Both the position numbers and the translations under genes were made by a program. The notes under the pieces were generated by a model that did no database searches, was not told the DNA's origin, and saw only the letters and a list, made by a program, of their open reading frames with translations. Source: a bacterium (GTDB lineage: Bacteria > Electryoneota > Electryoneia > Electryoneales > Electryoneaceae). Taken from it: DNA of 64,000 nucleotides. The stretch covers positions 1,184,001-1,248,000 of the forward strand of contig CAXXKJ010000002.1 of assembly GCA_963675295.2 (NCBI GenBank), read 5' to 3'. Below, in pieces: positions 49,170-58,299 of the stretch. Numbering within the stretch: the first letter of the stretch is position 1; every line of letters begins with the position of its first letter.

Positions 49170-50675
49170 ATGACCACCGCAGAAATCCTCATCCTTGTCG
49201 TCGTCATCTTGGCGGCCGTGCCGGGGTGGCTTCTCGTTTTCCGCAAACAGGGCGGCGTCAGCGCGTCCGACCTGGATGCGCGTCTCGCCGACCAGCAGCG
49301 CCAGTTCAACGACGAACTCGGCCGTATCCGTGAGGGCATCGAACGAGTGCAGCGCGAGTTAAACGACGGTCTCAAACTGACGTTTGAAACCCGTGTCGAC
49401 GCGTTAAAATCCTCGATCAGCGACACGTTGACCAAGGGTCGTGAAAGCCAGGATGTCCGTCTCGACAAGGTGGAGACGACGCTTCGTGACCTGATCACGC
49501 AGTTCAAGAACGCGCAGGCCGAACTGCAGCAGAAGTTGTTTGAGACGTTGAAGACGCAGGGCGAGGAAAACAAGAATGTGATCCTCACGTTGCAGGAGCG
49601 TGTCGCGAAGGAGTTGGGCGAGCTGCGCGATCAGCAACGGGAAGCGTCGGAGAAGCTGAACGAAGGTGTTCGGGTCAACCTCGAGAAGGTGAGCCAGGCG
49701 AACGAGGAGAAGCTGGAGAAGATTCGTTTGACAGTGGACGAAAAGCTGCACGAAACGTTGGAGAAGCGGCTCGGCGAATCGTTCAAGCAGGTCAGCGAAC
49801 GGCTGGAGGAAGTCCACAAGGGGCTCGGCGAAATGCAGACCCTCGCCAGCGGGGTGGGCGATCTGAAACGTGTGCTGAGCAACGTTCGCGAGCGGGGCAC
49901 CATCGGTGAAGTGCAGCTGGAGGCGTTGCTCGAGCAAGTGTTCACGCCGTCCCAGTACGAAAAGAACTGTGCGACGATTCCGGGCAGCAGCGAGCGCGTC
50001 GAGTTCGCGTTGAAGCTGCCGAACGGACCGGACGAACAGACGCCACTGCTGCTGCCGATCGACGCCAAGTTCCCGGTCGAGACCCGCGAACGCATGGATC
50101 AAGCCATCGAAGCAGGCGACAAGGAGGCGTATGCGCAGGCGCAGAAGGAGCTGACCCGTGTGCTGCTGGGCGAAGCGAAGAAGATCCGCACGAAGTACAT
50201 CGGGCCGCCGTACACGACGGATATCGCGTTGATGTTCATTCCTACCGAGGGGTTGTACGCTGAGGTGCTGCGCGCGCCGAGCCTGGTGCAGACGATGCAG
50301 AGCGAGCACCACGTGATCCCGGTCGGCCCAACGAATTTGTTCGCGATTTTGAGCAGTTTGCAGATGGGCTTCAAGACGCTCGCGATCGAAAAACGCAGCT
50401 CGGAAGTGTGGGATGTGTTGCGCGCGGTGAAGACCGAGTTCGAAAAGTTCGGCGGCATGCTGGACGGTGTCAGCAAGAAACTCACCGAGGCCCAGAACAA
50501 GATCAGCCAGGCACGTGGCAAGACGACCACCATTCGCCGCAAGATGAAGGGTGTCGAATCGTTACCCGAGCTGGAAGCGTCCAAGCTGCTCGGCGACGAA
50601 GGAGACGACGGTTCCGGCGCCGAAAGTGATCTGAACGAGAAGGGTTCCGGCGCCGAAGGTGCCGAATCTGACTAG
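49170..50675 (+). CDS. rmuC: DNA recombination protein RmuC
   Basis: N-terminal TM, coiled coil, TVDEKL, RGTIGEVQL, PIDAKFP, MFIPTEGLYAE, LQMGFKTLAIEKRSSEVW. Confidence 0.93.
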   Translation: MTTAEILILVVVILAAVPGWLLVFRKQGGVSASDLDARLADQQRQFNDELGRIREGIERVQRELNDGLKLTFETRVDALKSSISDTLTKGRESQDVRLDKVETTLRDLITQFKNAQAELQQKLFETLKTQGEENKNVILTLQERVAKELGELRDQQREASEKLNEGVRVNLEKVSQANEEKLEKIRLTVDEKLHETLEKRLGESFKQVSERLEEVHKGLGEMQTLASGVGDLKRVLSNVRERGTIGEVQLEALLEQVFTPSQYEKNCATIPGSSERVEFALKLPNGPDEQTPLLLPIDAKFPVETRERMDQAIEAGDKEAYAQAQKELTRVLLGEAKKIRTKYIGPPYTTDIALMFIPTEGLYAEVLRAPSLVQTMQSEHHVIPVGPTNLFAILSSLQMGFKTLAIEKRSSEVWDVLRAVKTEFEKFGGMLDGVSKKLTEAQNKISQARGKTTTIRRKMKGVESLPELEASKLLGDEGDDGSGAESDLNEKGSGAEGAESD

Positions 50676-50730
50676 CTCCGGGTGTCAACCCGGAGAGGGT
50701 GCAGCGCCGTCACGTTCACTGCAGCCCCAT

Positions 50731-50771
50731 CGAGCGATTCGAACATTTCGACGCAATGTTCGAATCGCTCG
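50731..50771. repeat. Perfect 17-bp inverted repeat
   Basis: CGAGCGATTCGAACATT-7 nt-AATGTTCGAATCGCTCG. Confidence 0.8.
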
Positions 50772-50974
50772 GTTTTACGCCGTTTGATTGGATTGGCCGA
50801 CTCGTCATGATGTTGCGCGACATGTGCGCCAGACGTGCCTGCCAGCTGCTTTGTATGGTGATACGGGTGTGCTATGCTAGCAGGGCCAACCCGCGACAGG
50901 CGTCAAAGCCCGATGCCTGCGGGAGCTTCAGTACGCTACCGCGGCTTACCCGCCGTCCGCCGCCCGCACTCATC

Positions 50975-51144
50975 TGGTGCCCGTGATTGTTCGTCACGTC
51001 TGTTTGTGACGGCTATCGCGGCTGATCCGACAGGGTGATCGACCAGTATCAGATCCGCGTCAGCAAGCTGACACGGGCGCATCAACTAATCCCTCCCAGA
51101 CGACCAATTCGGACATGCCCTCGGGCTGAAGCCCGAAGGCATGT
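50975..51144. repeat. REP-like mosaic: D (50975-51030), F (51055-51078), C (51113-51144)
   Basis: Matches to copies at 5598, 35298, 7777 and 48971. Confidence 0.8.
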
Positions 51145-51547
51145 TAGTCGTGAGATGATCGGTTTCGGAAAACAGCTATCAAATAGTCGCGACCGTTCGA
51201 TGGGTGGCTGTGTGAACAACACGAAGGCACGATCAGCCGATTGGGGTCAAATTTCGTAAATCACCCGATACTGCTAACACTGTTACAAACCGAAATATCC
51301 CTCTGTTTTCCCAAACCCCGGGAGCAGTCCGGGGAAACCTTTCGGGCTCTCCGTTTGTGCAAAGTTTGGAGAGTATGAGTTATTCTTCACGCATGATGCT
51401 GGTGAGGCGTCATCAGGCATGAAGGTGCATCGCGTGGAAACAGGGCTGGAGATTCCGGATCCCTGGCGCGGTGTGGCATGGAGTGTGCGGGGGGTAGACA
51501 GGTAGCGTGAGCAGGTGTTTCAATTTGTATGATGTGGAGTGTGCCCC

Positions 51548-52198
51548 ATGAACAGCCGACAGAACATCATTCCGTTGTTTCCCCTGGAAAAGGTGCTGTA
51601 TCCCGGCATGGCGATGCCGTTGCACATTTTCGAGGAACGCTACAAGGAGCTGATCAACCTCTGTGTCAGCGAACGACGCAGCTTTGGCATTCTGCACGGG
51701 CTCGATGTGCAGCAGCCGGTGATCGGCACCACAGCCCGTGTTGAAAAGGTCTTAAACCGGTATGATGACGGCCGGATGGACATCCTCGTGGTTGGCGAGG
51801 AACGGTTCGAAGTCCGTCAGGTGTTCAAGTACAAAGCCTATCTCGAGGCAGAAGTCAGTTACTTTGACGATGCCCCCTCAGTCAAACCTGAAACCACGCA
51901 ATTGGGTGAACTCGTCCGCCTGTATAAGCTTTACATTAAGCGACTGGATCTGGAGAGCGAGAACCAGGTGAAGCTCGACGACCTGATGGAAGAGGTGGAA
52001 CAGGAACGGGAACTGTCGTACATCATCGGCCAGACGATTGGTTTGGATCTGCGCCGCCAGCAGGAGTTGCTGGAGAAGACAGAGCCCATGGCGCGAGTCA
52101 AGCTGTTGACCGCCATTTTGCACCGTCATGATGTGGTGTATGGATTGGCACGCCGTCTGTTCGAAGGCCAGGAAGAGTTCGACCCAACGATGAACTGA
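51548..52198 (+). CDS. Stand-alone Lon N-terminal substrate-binding domain protein
   Basis: IPLFPL..VLYPG..MPLHIFEERYK...DGRMDILVVGEERF...QELLE. Confidence 0.88.
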   Translation: MNSRQNIIPLFPLEKVLYPGMAMPLHIFEERYKELINLCVSERRSFGILHGLDVQQPVIGTTARVEKVLNRYDDGRMDILVVGEERFEVRQVFKYKAYLEAEVSYFDDAPSVKPETTQLGELVRLYKLYIKRLDLESENQVKLDDLMEEVEQERELSYIIGQTIGLDLRRQQELLEKTEPMARVKLLTAILHRHDVVYGLARRLFEGQEEFDPTMN

Positions 52199-52202
52199 GG
52201 AC

Positions 52203-53459
52203 ATGTCCCAGACAACCCGCCGTACCCTGCTGACGAACGCCGGCTGGATCGCTACTCCGGACGCTCCCGGCGATGGCCAGGCTCTGTACACGATCACCCG
52301 TCCCGACGCTGATTCCGTGCTGCTCGAAGGAGAACGTATCGCCTGGATCGGCAAGCGGGCGGACTGTCCGCATGATCCCGACGAAACTCTTGATCTCGGT
52401 GGCAAGGGCCTGACGCCGGGCCTGATCGACTTCCACGCGCACCCTGTTTTTGCCGCAACCCGCGAGGCGGAGTTTGACCTCCGTACTCGTGGCGCATCGT
52501 ACACCGAAATCGCCGCCGCCGGTGGCGGGATTCTGAACTCGGTGAAACGGGTCGGGGAAGCGTCCGAGGAAGAATTGGCCGCGTTTTCCCGGCCAAACCT
52601 CGATCGCGCCCTGGCGCACGGTACCACCACACTCGAGGCGAAAAGCGGCTATGGACTGAGCACCGAAAACGAGCTCAAGCTGCTGCGAACGGTGCGGACG
52701 CTGGACGAAACCCACCCGCTCGACCTGATCCCGACGTTTCTCGGCGCGCACGAGTACCCTCTCGAATACAAGCAGGATCACGAGGGCTACATCCGCATCC
52801 TGACCGAAGAGATGATCCCGGCGGTGAGTGAACAGGGCTTGGCGCACGCGGCCGACATTTTCATCGAAACCGGTGTGTTCAGCGTGGAGGAGGGACGGCG
52901 CATCCTCTCTGCGGCGAAGGAACACGGTCTTCAGGTAAAAGTACACGCCGATCAACTCAGCCCGTTGGGCGGCACGAAGCTCGCTGTCGAACTGGACGCG
53001 CTTTCCGCCGACCACATCGAGTTCATCGACGACGAAGCGGTCGAGATGCTGGCGGGGTCGAACACCGTCGCGGGTCTGTTACCGGTGGCGGCGCATTTCC
53101 TGCGGATGCAGGAAGATCCACCGGTGCGCAAGATGATCGACAAGGGCGTCGTCTGCGCCCTGGCGACGGATTTCAACCCGGGTAGCGCGATGAGTCAGAG
53201 CATGGCGATGGCGCTGCACCTGGCGGTGATCCGGTTTCGGGTGAGTGCGGAAGAGGCGTTGTGGATGGCGACCGCCGGTTCCGCGCGGGCGTTGCGGATG
53301 ACGGACCGTGGCGCGATCGCGCCGGGCCTGTTGGCGGACCTGGTCGCCTGGGATGCCGCCGCGCCGGAAATTTTGCCCTACCATTTCGGTGTCAACCTCG
53401 CGTCGCTGGTGATCAAGCGCGGGCAGGTTGTCGCCCGTGACGGCGTGGCTGAACGGTGA
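52203..53459 (+). CDS. hutI: Imidazolonepropionase
   Basis: PGLIDFHAHPVF, GGGILNSV, EAKSGYGL, TFLGAH, HADQL, SADH, ATDFNPG. Confidence 0.93.
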   Translation: MSQTTRRTLLTNAGWIATPDAPGDGQALYTITRPDADSVLLEGERIAWIGKRADCPHDPDETLDLGGKGLTPGLIDFHAHPVFAATREAEFDLRTRGASYTEIAAAGGGILNSVKRVGEASEEELAAFSRPNLDRALAHGTTTLEAKSGYGLSTENELKLLRTVRTLDETHPLDLIPTFLGAHEYPLEYKQDHEGYIRILTEEMIPAVSEQGLAHAADIFIETGVFSVEEGRRILSAAKEHGLQVKVHADQLSPLGGTKLAVELDALSADHIEFIDDEAVEMLAGSNTVAGLLPVAAHFLRMQEDPPVRKMIDKGVVCALATDFNPGSAMSQSMAMALHLAVIRFRVSAEEALWMATAGSARALRMTDRGAIAPGLLADLVAWDAAAPEILPYHFGVNLASLVIKRGQVVARDGVAER

Positions 53460-54238
53460 TTTACCTCGGTACATCCGGCTACCATTTCCTCGATTGGGCC
53501 GGCCCGTTCTATCCGCCGGACCTGCCGAAGGAGCAATGGCTGCAGTATTATGCACGGCACTTCTCTGTGCTCGAGGTCAACACCACGTATTACGGGTTGC
53601 CGAAATTGGAAACGGTAGCGGGGTGGGCGGATCGCACGCCGGACGGGTTCCAGTTTATCGTCAAGGTGCACAAGGAGACGACGCACGAGCGCAAGAATGA
53701 GGCGCGCGAACTGGCGAACCTGTTGTCACTGCTGGAGCCGTTGCGAGCCTCGGGAAAACTCTCGGGACTTTTAGCCCAATTTCCGGCCTCCTTTCATGCA
53801 ACGGCACAAAATGAGTATTATCTTTATAAACTTACGGAACACTCTCATGAGATTCCGGTATTTGTTGAATTTCGTCATGCCGGTTGGGATACCGACCGTG
53901 CGGTCGAGCTTGTGAAGGAATTGAAGCTGGGTTGGGTCGCGGTGGATTTACCGCGCATTCGTTCCCTGCCGAGCGCTCGCCCCGCCGTAACGTCAGACCG
54001 GGGGTATGTGCGGCTGCATGGCCGCAATTCGAAGACGTGGTACAATCCGGAAGCCGGAGATCGGTACGCCTGGGATTATTCTGAGCGGGAACTGCGGGAA
54101 TGGGTTCCGCGGATTCAGGCGTTGGAAAGCCGTGCCGAACTGTCGTATCTCTTCTTCAACAACTGTCACATGGGCTGGGCCGTGAAAAACGCACTATTGA
54201 TGAAGGACATTCTTCAACGGCAGTTCGAGGTCGCGTAA
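53456..54238 (+). CDS. DUF72-family protein
   Basis: IYLGTSGY...W.GPFYP, EVNTTYY, LAQFPASF, VEFRH, YVRLHGRN, FFNN. Confidence 0.9.
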   Translation: MIYLGTSGYHFLDWAGPFYPPDLPKEQWLQYYARHFSVLEVNTTYYGLPKLETVAGWADRTPDGFQFIVKVHKETTHERKNEARELANLLSLLEPLRASGKLSGLLAQFPASFHATAQNEYYLYKLTEHSHEIPVFVEFRHAGWDTDRAVELVKELKLGWVAVDLPRIRSLPSARPAVTSDRGYVRLHGRNSKTWYNPEAGDRYAWDYSERELREWVPRIQALESRAELSYLFFNNCHMGWAVKNALLMKDILQRQFEVA

Positions 54239-55903
54239 ATGCCAGATTCATCCACGCCAGAGTATCTCTCCCCGTTTGAAGCGTTGGAAACCGCCTGGAT
54301 GGCGGAAAACGCGGACGAATGGGAGTACCGCGGCCTGATGCTGCAAACCCTCACCGGTTTCCTGCACTCGGTGTTCGAGGCGGTGAAGGGGACTGACCTG
54401 CAGCATGGTCTGGCGTTCCTGCCGTCGGACCTGGCGGAAGAGGTGAACTGGTGGCCGGTGGATCGTTCCGACGAGATCATCACGTGGGATGCCGGCGAGA
54501 AGAAATGGTCGGTACTGCCGTCCCCGGCGGATGATCCGTGCCTGATGCACGGCGAGTTCTGGATGCTGTGGGTAGGCAAACGTGGCACCGGAATGGTGCT
54601 GGCCCGGCGTGATCAGCCGGCGAACCCGAAGCGCCCGCTCGGGTTGGATATCTGGCACCTGCGCATCTGCTGGTCGCCGTTACCGATTACCGACGCGCTC
54701 GACCCGTTCCGCAGTTGCTTCACCGTCGAGCACCCGGTCATCGCGCGGCTGAACAAGCTGGAGCGCGACATCCCGATCGAATACGGTCCGGAAGCGGAAG
54801 TGATGATTGCCCGGTTGCAGGCTGCGTTGCAGATGGCCGGACACATGGATCCGCAGGGCCGGACGAACACCTCCGAGTACCAGTGGACCGAAATCTTCAA
54901 CAACATTCAGCTCGAAGTCGCGTGGCACCTGTACAGCGACCGGCTGCTGCCCGCGGTCGGACGTGCGCTGCATCGTGGACTCGGGTATGATTTCATCGAC
55001 GTGCACATTTTCAACCGGCTCGGCAGCCGGTTCGAGGAATTCCTCTCGTGGCATGAGAATCTTACCGGTTACGGCAAGGACCTTAACATCTTCATCGACA
55101 AGAATGCGGTGAAGCGTCTGCTCGAGGTCGGGCGTCCGCGCATCATCCAGATGAGCAAGACGCAGGGTGTGCTCAACCCGCATCTCGCGGAGCTGGCTGG
55201 TTTGCAGGAAGGTCTGCTCATTCCCCTCGTGCATGAGAAGAAGGTGCAGGGGATGATCGCAATGTATTACACCCGTCCGAGCGGCTTCCAGGAAGCCGAC
55301 CTCGAACGCATTGGCCGGATCGGTGAAATCATCGCGCGCAGCATTGAGAACAGCAACGCGCACGAAGACATGCGGCTGATGGCCAGTGTGGACGCGTTGA
55401 CTGGTCTCTCCAACCGCCGCAGCTTCAACGAAGTGATCGAGAAGGAATCTCACCGTTCCTTGCGTTATCGCCTGCCGCTGTCGCTGATCCTGATCGACAT
55501 CGACTTTTTCAAGGCGTACAACGATACCAACGGTCACCTCAAGGGTGACTATCTGTTGCGTGACTTCGCCGCCATCTTGCGCAAGATGGTTCGTGAGGAA
55601 GATACCGTGGCGCGGTACGGGGGCGAGGAATTCGCCATCATCCTGCCACACACCACCGCGGACAACGCCTACGCCGCCGCTGAGAAGATTCGCCGCCGGG
55701 TGGAGGAGACGGAATTCCAGGACATGGATTCCCAGCCGAGTGGCCGAATTACGATCAGTCTCGGTGTTGCTGATACGGACGGCAGCATTGAGGATTATCA
55801 GGAATTGATCGAGATGGCGGACAAGGCGCTGTATCGTGCAAAGGAAACGGGCCGCAATCGCAGTGTGATGTACTCACCTGAACTTGCTTCTCAAAGCGCT
55901 TAA
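54239..55903 (+). CDS. GAF-domain diguanylate cyclase
   Basis: DALTGLSNRR, DIDFFKAYND, REED I-site, RYGGEEF, ADKALYRAK. Confidence 0.92.
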   Translation: MPDSSTPEYLSPFEALETAWMAENADEWEYRGLMLQTLTGFLHSVFEAVKGTDLQHGLAFLPSDLAEEVNWWPVDRSDEIITWDAGEKKWSVLPSPADDPCLMHGEFWMLWVGKRGTGMVLARRDQPANPKRPLGLDIWHLRICWSPLPITDALDPFRSCFTVEHPVIARLNKLERDIPIEYGPEAEVMIARLQAALQMAGHMDPQGRTNTSEYQWTEIFNNIQLEVAWHLYSDRLLPAVGRALHRGLGYDFIDVHIFNRLGSRFEEFLSWHENLTGYGKDLNIFIDKNAVKRLLEVGRPRIIQMSKTQGVLNPHLAELAGLQEGLLIPLVHEKKVQGMIAMYYTRPSGFQEADLERIGRIGEIIARSIENSNAHEDMRLMASVDALTGLSNRRSFNEVIEKESHRSLRYRLPLSLILIDIDFFKAYNDTNGHLKGDYLLRDFAAILRKMVREEDTVARYGGEEFAIILPHTTADNAYAAAEKIRRRVEETEFQDMDSQPSGRITISLGVADTDGSIEDYQELIEMADKALYRAKETGRNRSVMYSPELASQSA

Positions 55904-55974
55904 TCGTATTTTTACTTCGTTTCCGTATTCTGCTCAGTTCCCCACGACGGTTCGTTCCGGAGGCTAACCAGCCC

Positions 55975-57453
55975 ATGTCCCAGTTCAATGTCCTCTATCT
56001 GACAAGTGAACTCTACCCCATGGCCAAAGTCGGTGGTTTGGCTGATGTTGCCGGATCTCTACCCAAGGTGTTGAAGGATCTTGAGCACGACGTGCGGGTG
56101 TTCATTCCGAAGTATCGGATCATCCGTGACCGCAAGTACAACCTGCGAGAAGTAATCCGTCTGCGTGACATCGAAGTACCGATGGGTAACGAGACGGTGA
56201 TCGTGTCGGTCAAATCCGGTTTCGTTCCCGACTCCAAGGTGCAGGCATATTTCCTCGAGTATAAACCGTATTACGACCGGGAAGCGATCTACGTTGATCC
56301 GAAGACCGGCAAGGGTTTCGAGGATGACGCGTTTCGCTTCGCCCTGTTCGCGAAGGCGGCGCTCGAGATGCTGAAAGTATTGTACTGGCAACCGGATCTG
56401 GTGCATGTCAATGACTGGCCGAGCGCTTTGGTACCGTACTACCTGAAGAACGACTACAAGGACGATGAGTTCTTCCAGAAGACACACAGCCTGCTGACGA
56501 TTCATAACCTGGCGTATCAGGGTGAGTTTCCGGCGAAGGTAGCCAAGCAGGTGTTTGGCAAGGGCGTCGCGTTTGATGAGAACCACCCGGCGTGGCATAA
56601 CGGCAAGGTCAATTTCCTCAAGGCCGGCCTGCAGACGTCGGACCTGATCACCACCGTTTCGCCGACCTACGCCAACGAGATTCTCACGCCGGAGATGGGC
56701 GCGGGCCTGGATCCGGTTCTTATTGAGAAGAAAGATCGGTTGTTCGGTGTGCTCAACGGGATCGACGAAAACGTCTGGGATCCGGAAACGGACAAGGAAC
56801 TGGCGAAGAACTATTCCATCGAGGAGCCGGAAGACAAGGCGGTCTGTCGCGAAGCGCTGATGGAGGAGTTCGAGCTCGAGAATCCTGACAACATGCTGAT
56901 TGGGGTGATAGCCCGGATGGCGTGGCAGAAGGGATTCGACCTGATTGTCGACACGTTTGAGAAATTCATGGATCTTCCGTTGAATTTCGTCATCCTTGGC
57001 GGTGGTGAAAAGGACCTGGAGAAGCAGGTTTCCGAACTGGTTAAGACGTATCCGGGCCGGCTCGGGGTGAAGATCGGCCATGATGAACCATTGTCACACC
57101 GCATTGAGGCGGGTGCGGACGCGTTCCTGATGCCGTCGAAGTACGAGCCGTGCGGCCTGAACCAGATGTACAGCCTGCGTTACGGGACGGTGCCGATTGT
57201 GCACGCGACCGGCGGCCTGAACGATACGGTGCAGGAATACGAAGGCGACGGCAAGGGTAACGGCTTCCGCTTCGAGGAGTTCAGCGCGGAGGCGATGGTT
57301 GCGGCGGTCGAGCGTGCGGTGAAGCTGTTTGCCGATAAGGCTGCCTGGAAAAAGTTAATTCTGACCGGCATGAAGCAGGACTTCAGTTGGACCGCCTCGG
57401 CGAAGCACCTGATCAAGGTGTACAAGGAAGCGAAAGCGTTAGAAGTCGCCTGA
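55975..57453 (+). CDS. glgA: Glycogen synthase
   Basis: KVGGLADV, HVNDW, TIHNLAYQG, TTVSPTYA, LNGID, EPCGLNQ. Confidence 0.95.
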   Translation: MSQFNVLYLTSELYPMAKVGGLADVAGSLPKVLKDLEHDVRVFIPKYRIIRDRKYNLREVIRLRDIEVPMGNETVIVSVKSGFVPDSKVQAYFLEYKPYYDREAIYVDPKTGKGFEDDAFRFALFAKAALEMLKVLYWQPDLVHVNDWPSALVPYYLKNDYKDDEFFQKTHSLLTIHNLAYQGEFPAKVAKQVFGKGVAFDENHPAWHNGKVNFLKAGLQTSDLITTVSPTYANEILTPEMGAGLDPVLIEKKDRLFGVLNGIDENVWDPETDKELAKNYSIEEPEDKAVCREALMEEFELENPDNMLIGVIARMAWQKGFDLIVDTFEKFMDLPLNFVILGGGEKDLEKQVSELVKTYPGRLGVKIGHDEPLSHRIEAGADAFLMPSKYEPCGLNQMYSLRYGTVPIVHATGGLNDTVQEYEGDGKGNGFRFEEFSAEAMVAAVERAVKLFADKAAWKKLILTGMKQDFSWTASAKHLIKVYKEAKALEVA

Positions 57454-57655
57454 TTGTTAGCATTTGATAGTTACGTTTTCCGGGCTGGTTCTCATGGGGA
57501 CACGGCCCGTTCCTCTCTCCAGTCGCTTCGTTCTCACCGTATATTCCGGCAACGAAACGATTCGGTGCCGGGCTTTTGGCTCATCCCGACCGGCAAGCAG
57601 GCCGGGTGATACACGAAAGCTTGACCAACCAGCATCAAGTGTCAGGAGGGGAACG

Positions 57656-57874
57656 ATGGGATTGCATACATCGGGTGAAGTAATGGCTGCCGCGCGGGAG
57701 CAGGGCGTGATCGAGGAACGGTTGCCGGAGTTTGTCCGCCGCTTCCACATGAAGCTGCAGTACATGGGGCCGGACGCCGCGTTTAAGCAGTGCCTGCTTG
57801 AAGACAAGAACATCACCTACGGCAACCACTACGGCCAGATTCCGCCGCGCCAGGTGCTCGGTTCCGGCGCTTGA
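57656..57874 (+). CDS. Small hypothetical protein (72 aa)
   Basis: Strong RBS AGGAGG, host-like codon usage, followed by a terminator-like hairpin. Confidence 0.6.
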   Translation: MGLHTSGEVMAAAREQGVIEERLPEFVRRFHMKLQYMGPDAAFKQCLLEDKNITYGNHYGQIPPRQVLGSGA

Positions 57875-57896
57875 GTTGTGCGCGAGATTGGATAAG

Positions 57897-57936
57897 AAAA
57901 CACCCGAACCGCTGTGGTCCGGGTGTTTGTGTTTTC
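57897..57936. terminator. Probable bidirectional terminator
   Basis: AAAACACCCG...CGGGTGTTTGTGTTTT between convergent genes. Confidence 0.65.
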
Positions 57937-57949
57937 GCTTGGTCGAAGG

Positions 57950-58276
57950 CTAAACCACCCACGACGCCCCGTCGTAGTGGCTGACGTCGAACCGTTGGCC
58001 CAGGTCGCCACGCGGATCGCCCCAGTAGTCAGTCACCTCCTCGACGACGGACCAGCGTGGTCCCCGGCGCAGCATGGCGAGCACGTCCCGCAGTTCGTCC
58101 TCCGGGCCTTCGGCGATGACCTCCACGCGGCCATCGTACAGGTTGCGCACCCGTCCCACCACATGCGGACTCAGCCGTTGCACCTCGGTCAGCACATGGT
58201 AGCGGAACCCGACACCCTGCACCCGTCCCGATACAAATGCGTGCAGCCGCTTCGGTTTGTTTTGCTCAAGGCTCAC
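57950..58276 (-). CDS. acyP: Acylphosphatase
   Basis: VSGRVQGVGFR, GRVRNLYDGRVEV.AEG. Confidence 0.92.
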   Translation of the reverse strand: MSLEQNKPKRLHAFVSGRVQGVGFRYHVLTEVQRLSPHVVGRVRNLYDGRVEVIAEGPEDELRDVLAMLRRGPRWSVVEEVTDYWGDPRGDLGQRFDVSHYDGASWVV

Positions 58277-58299
58277 AGCTCACAACTCATAGCTGTTTT

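Noticed and set aside
50731-50771. LexA/SOS box (GAAC...GTTC)
   Set aside because: Half-site spacing is far longer than the N4 of the Gram-positive-type box
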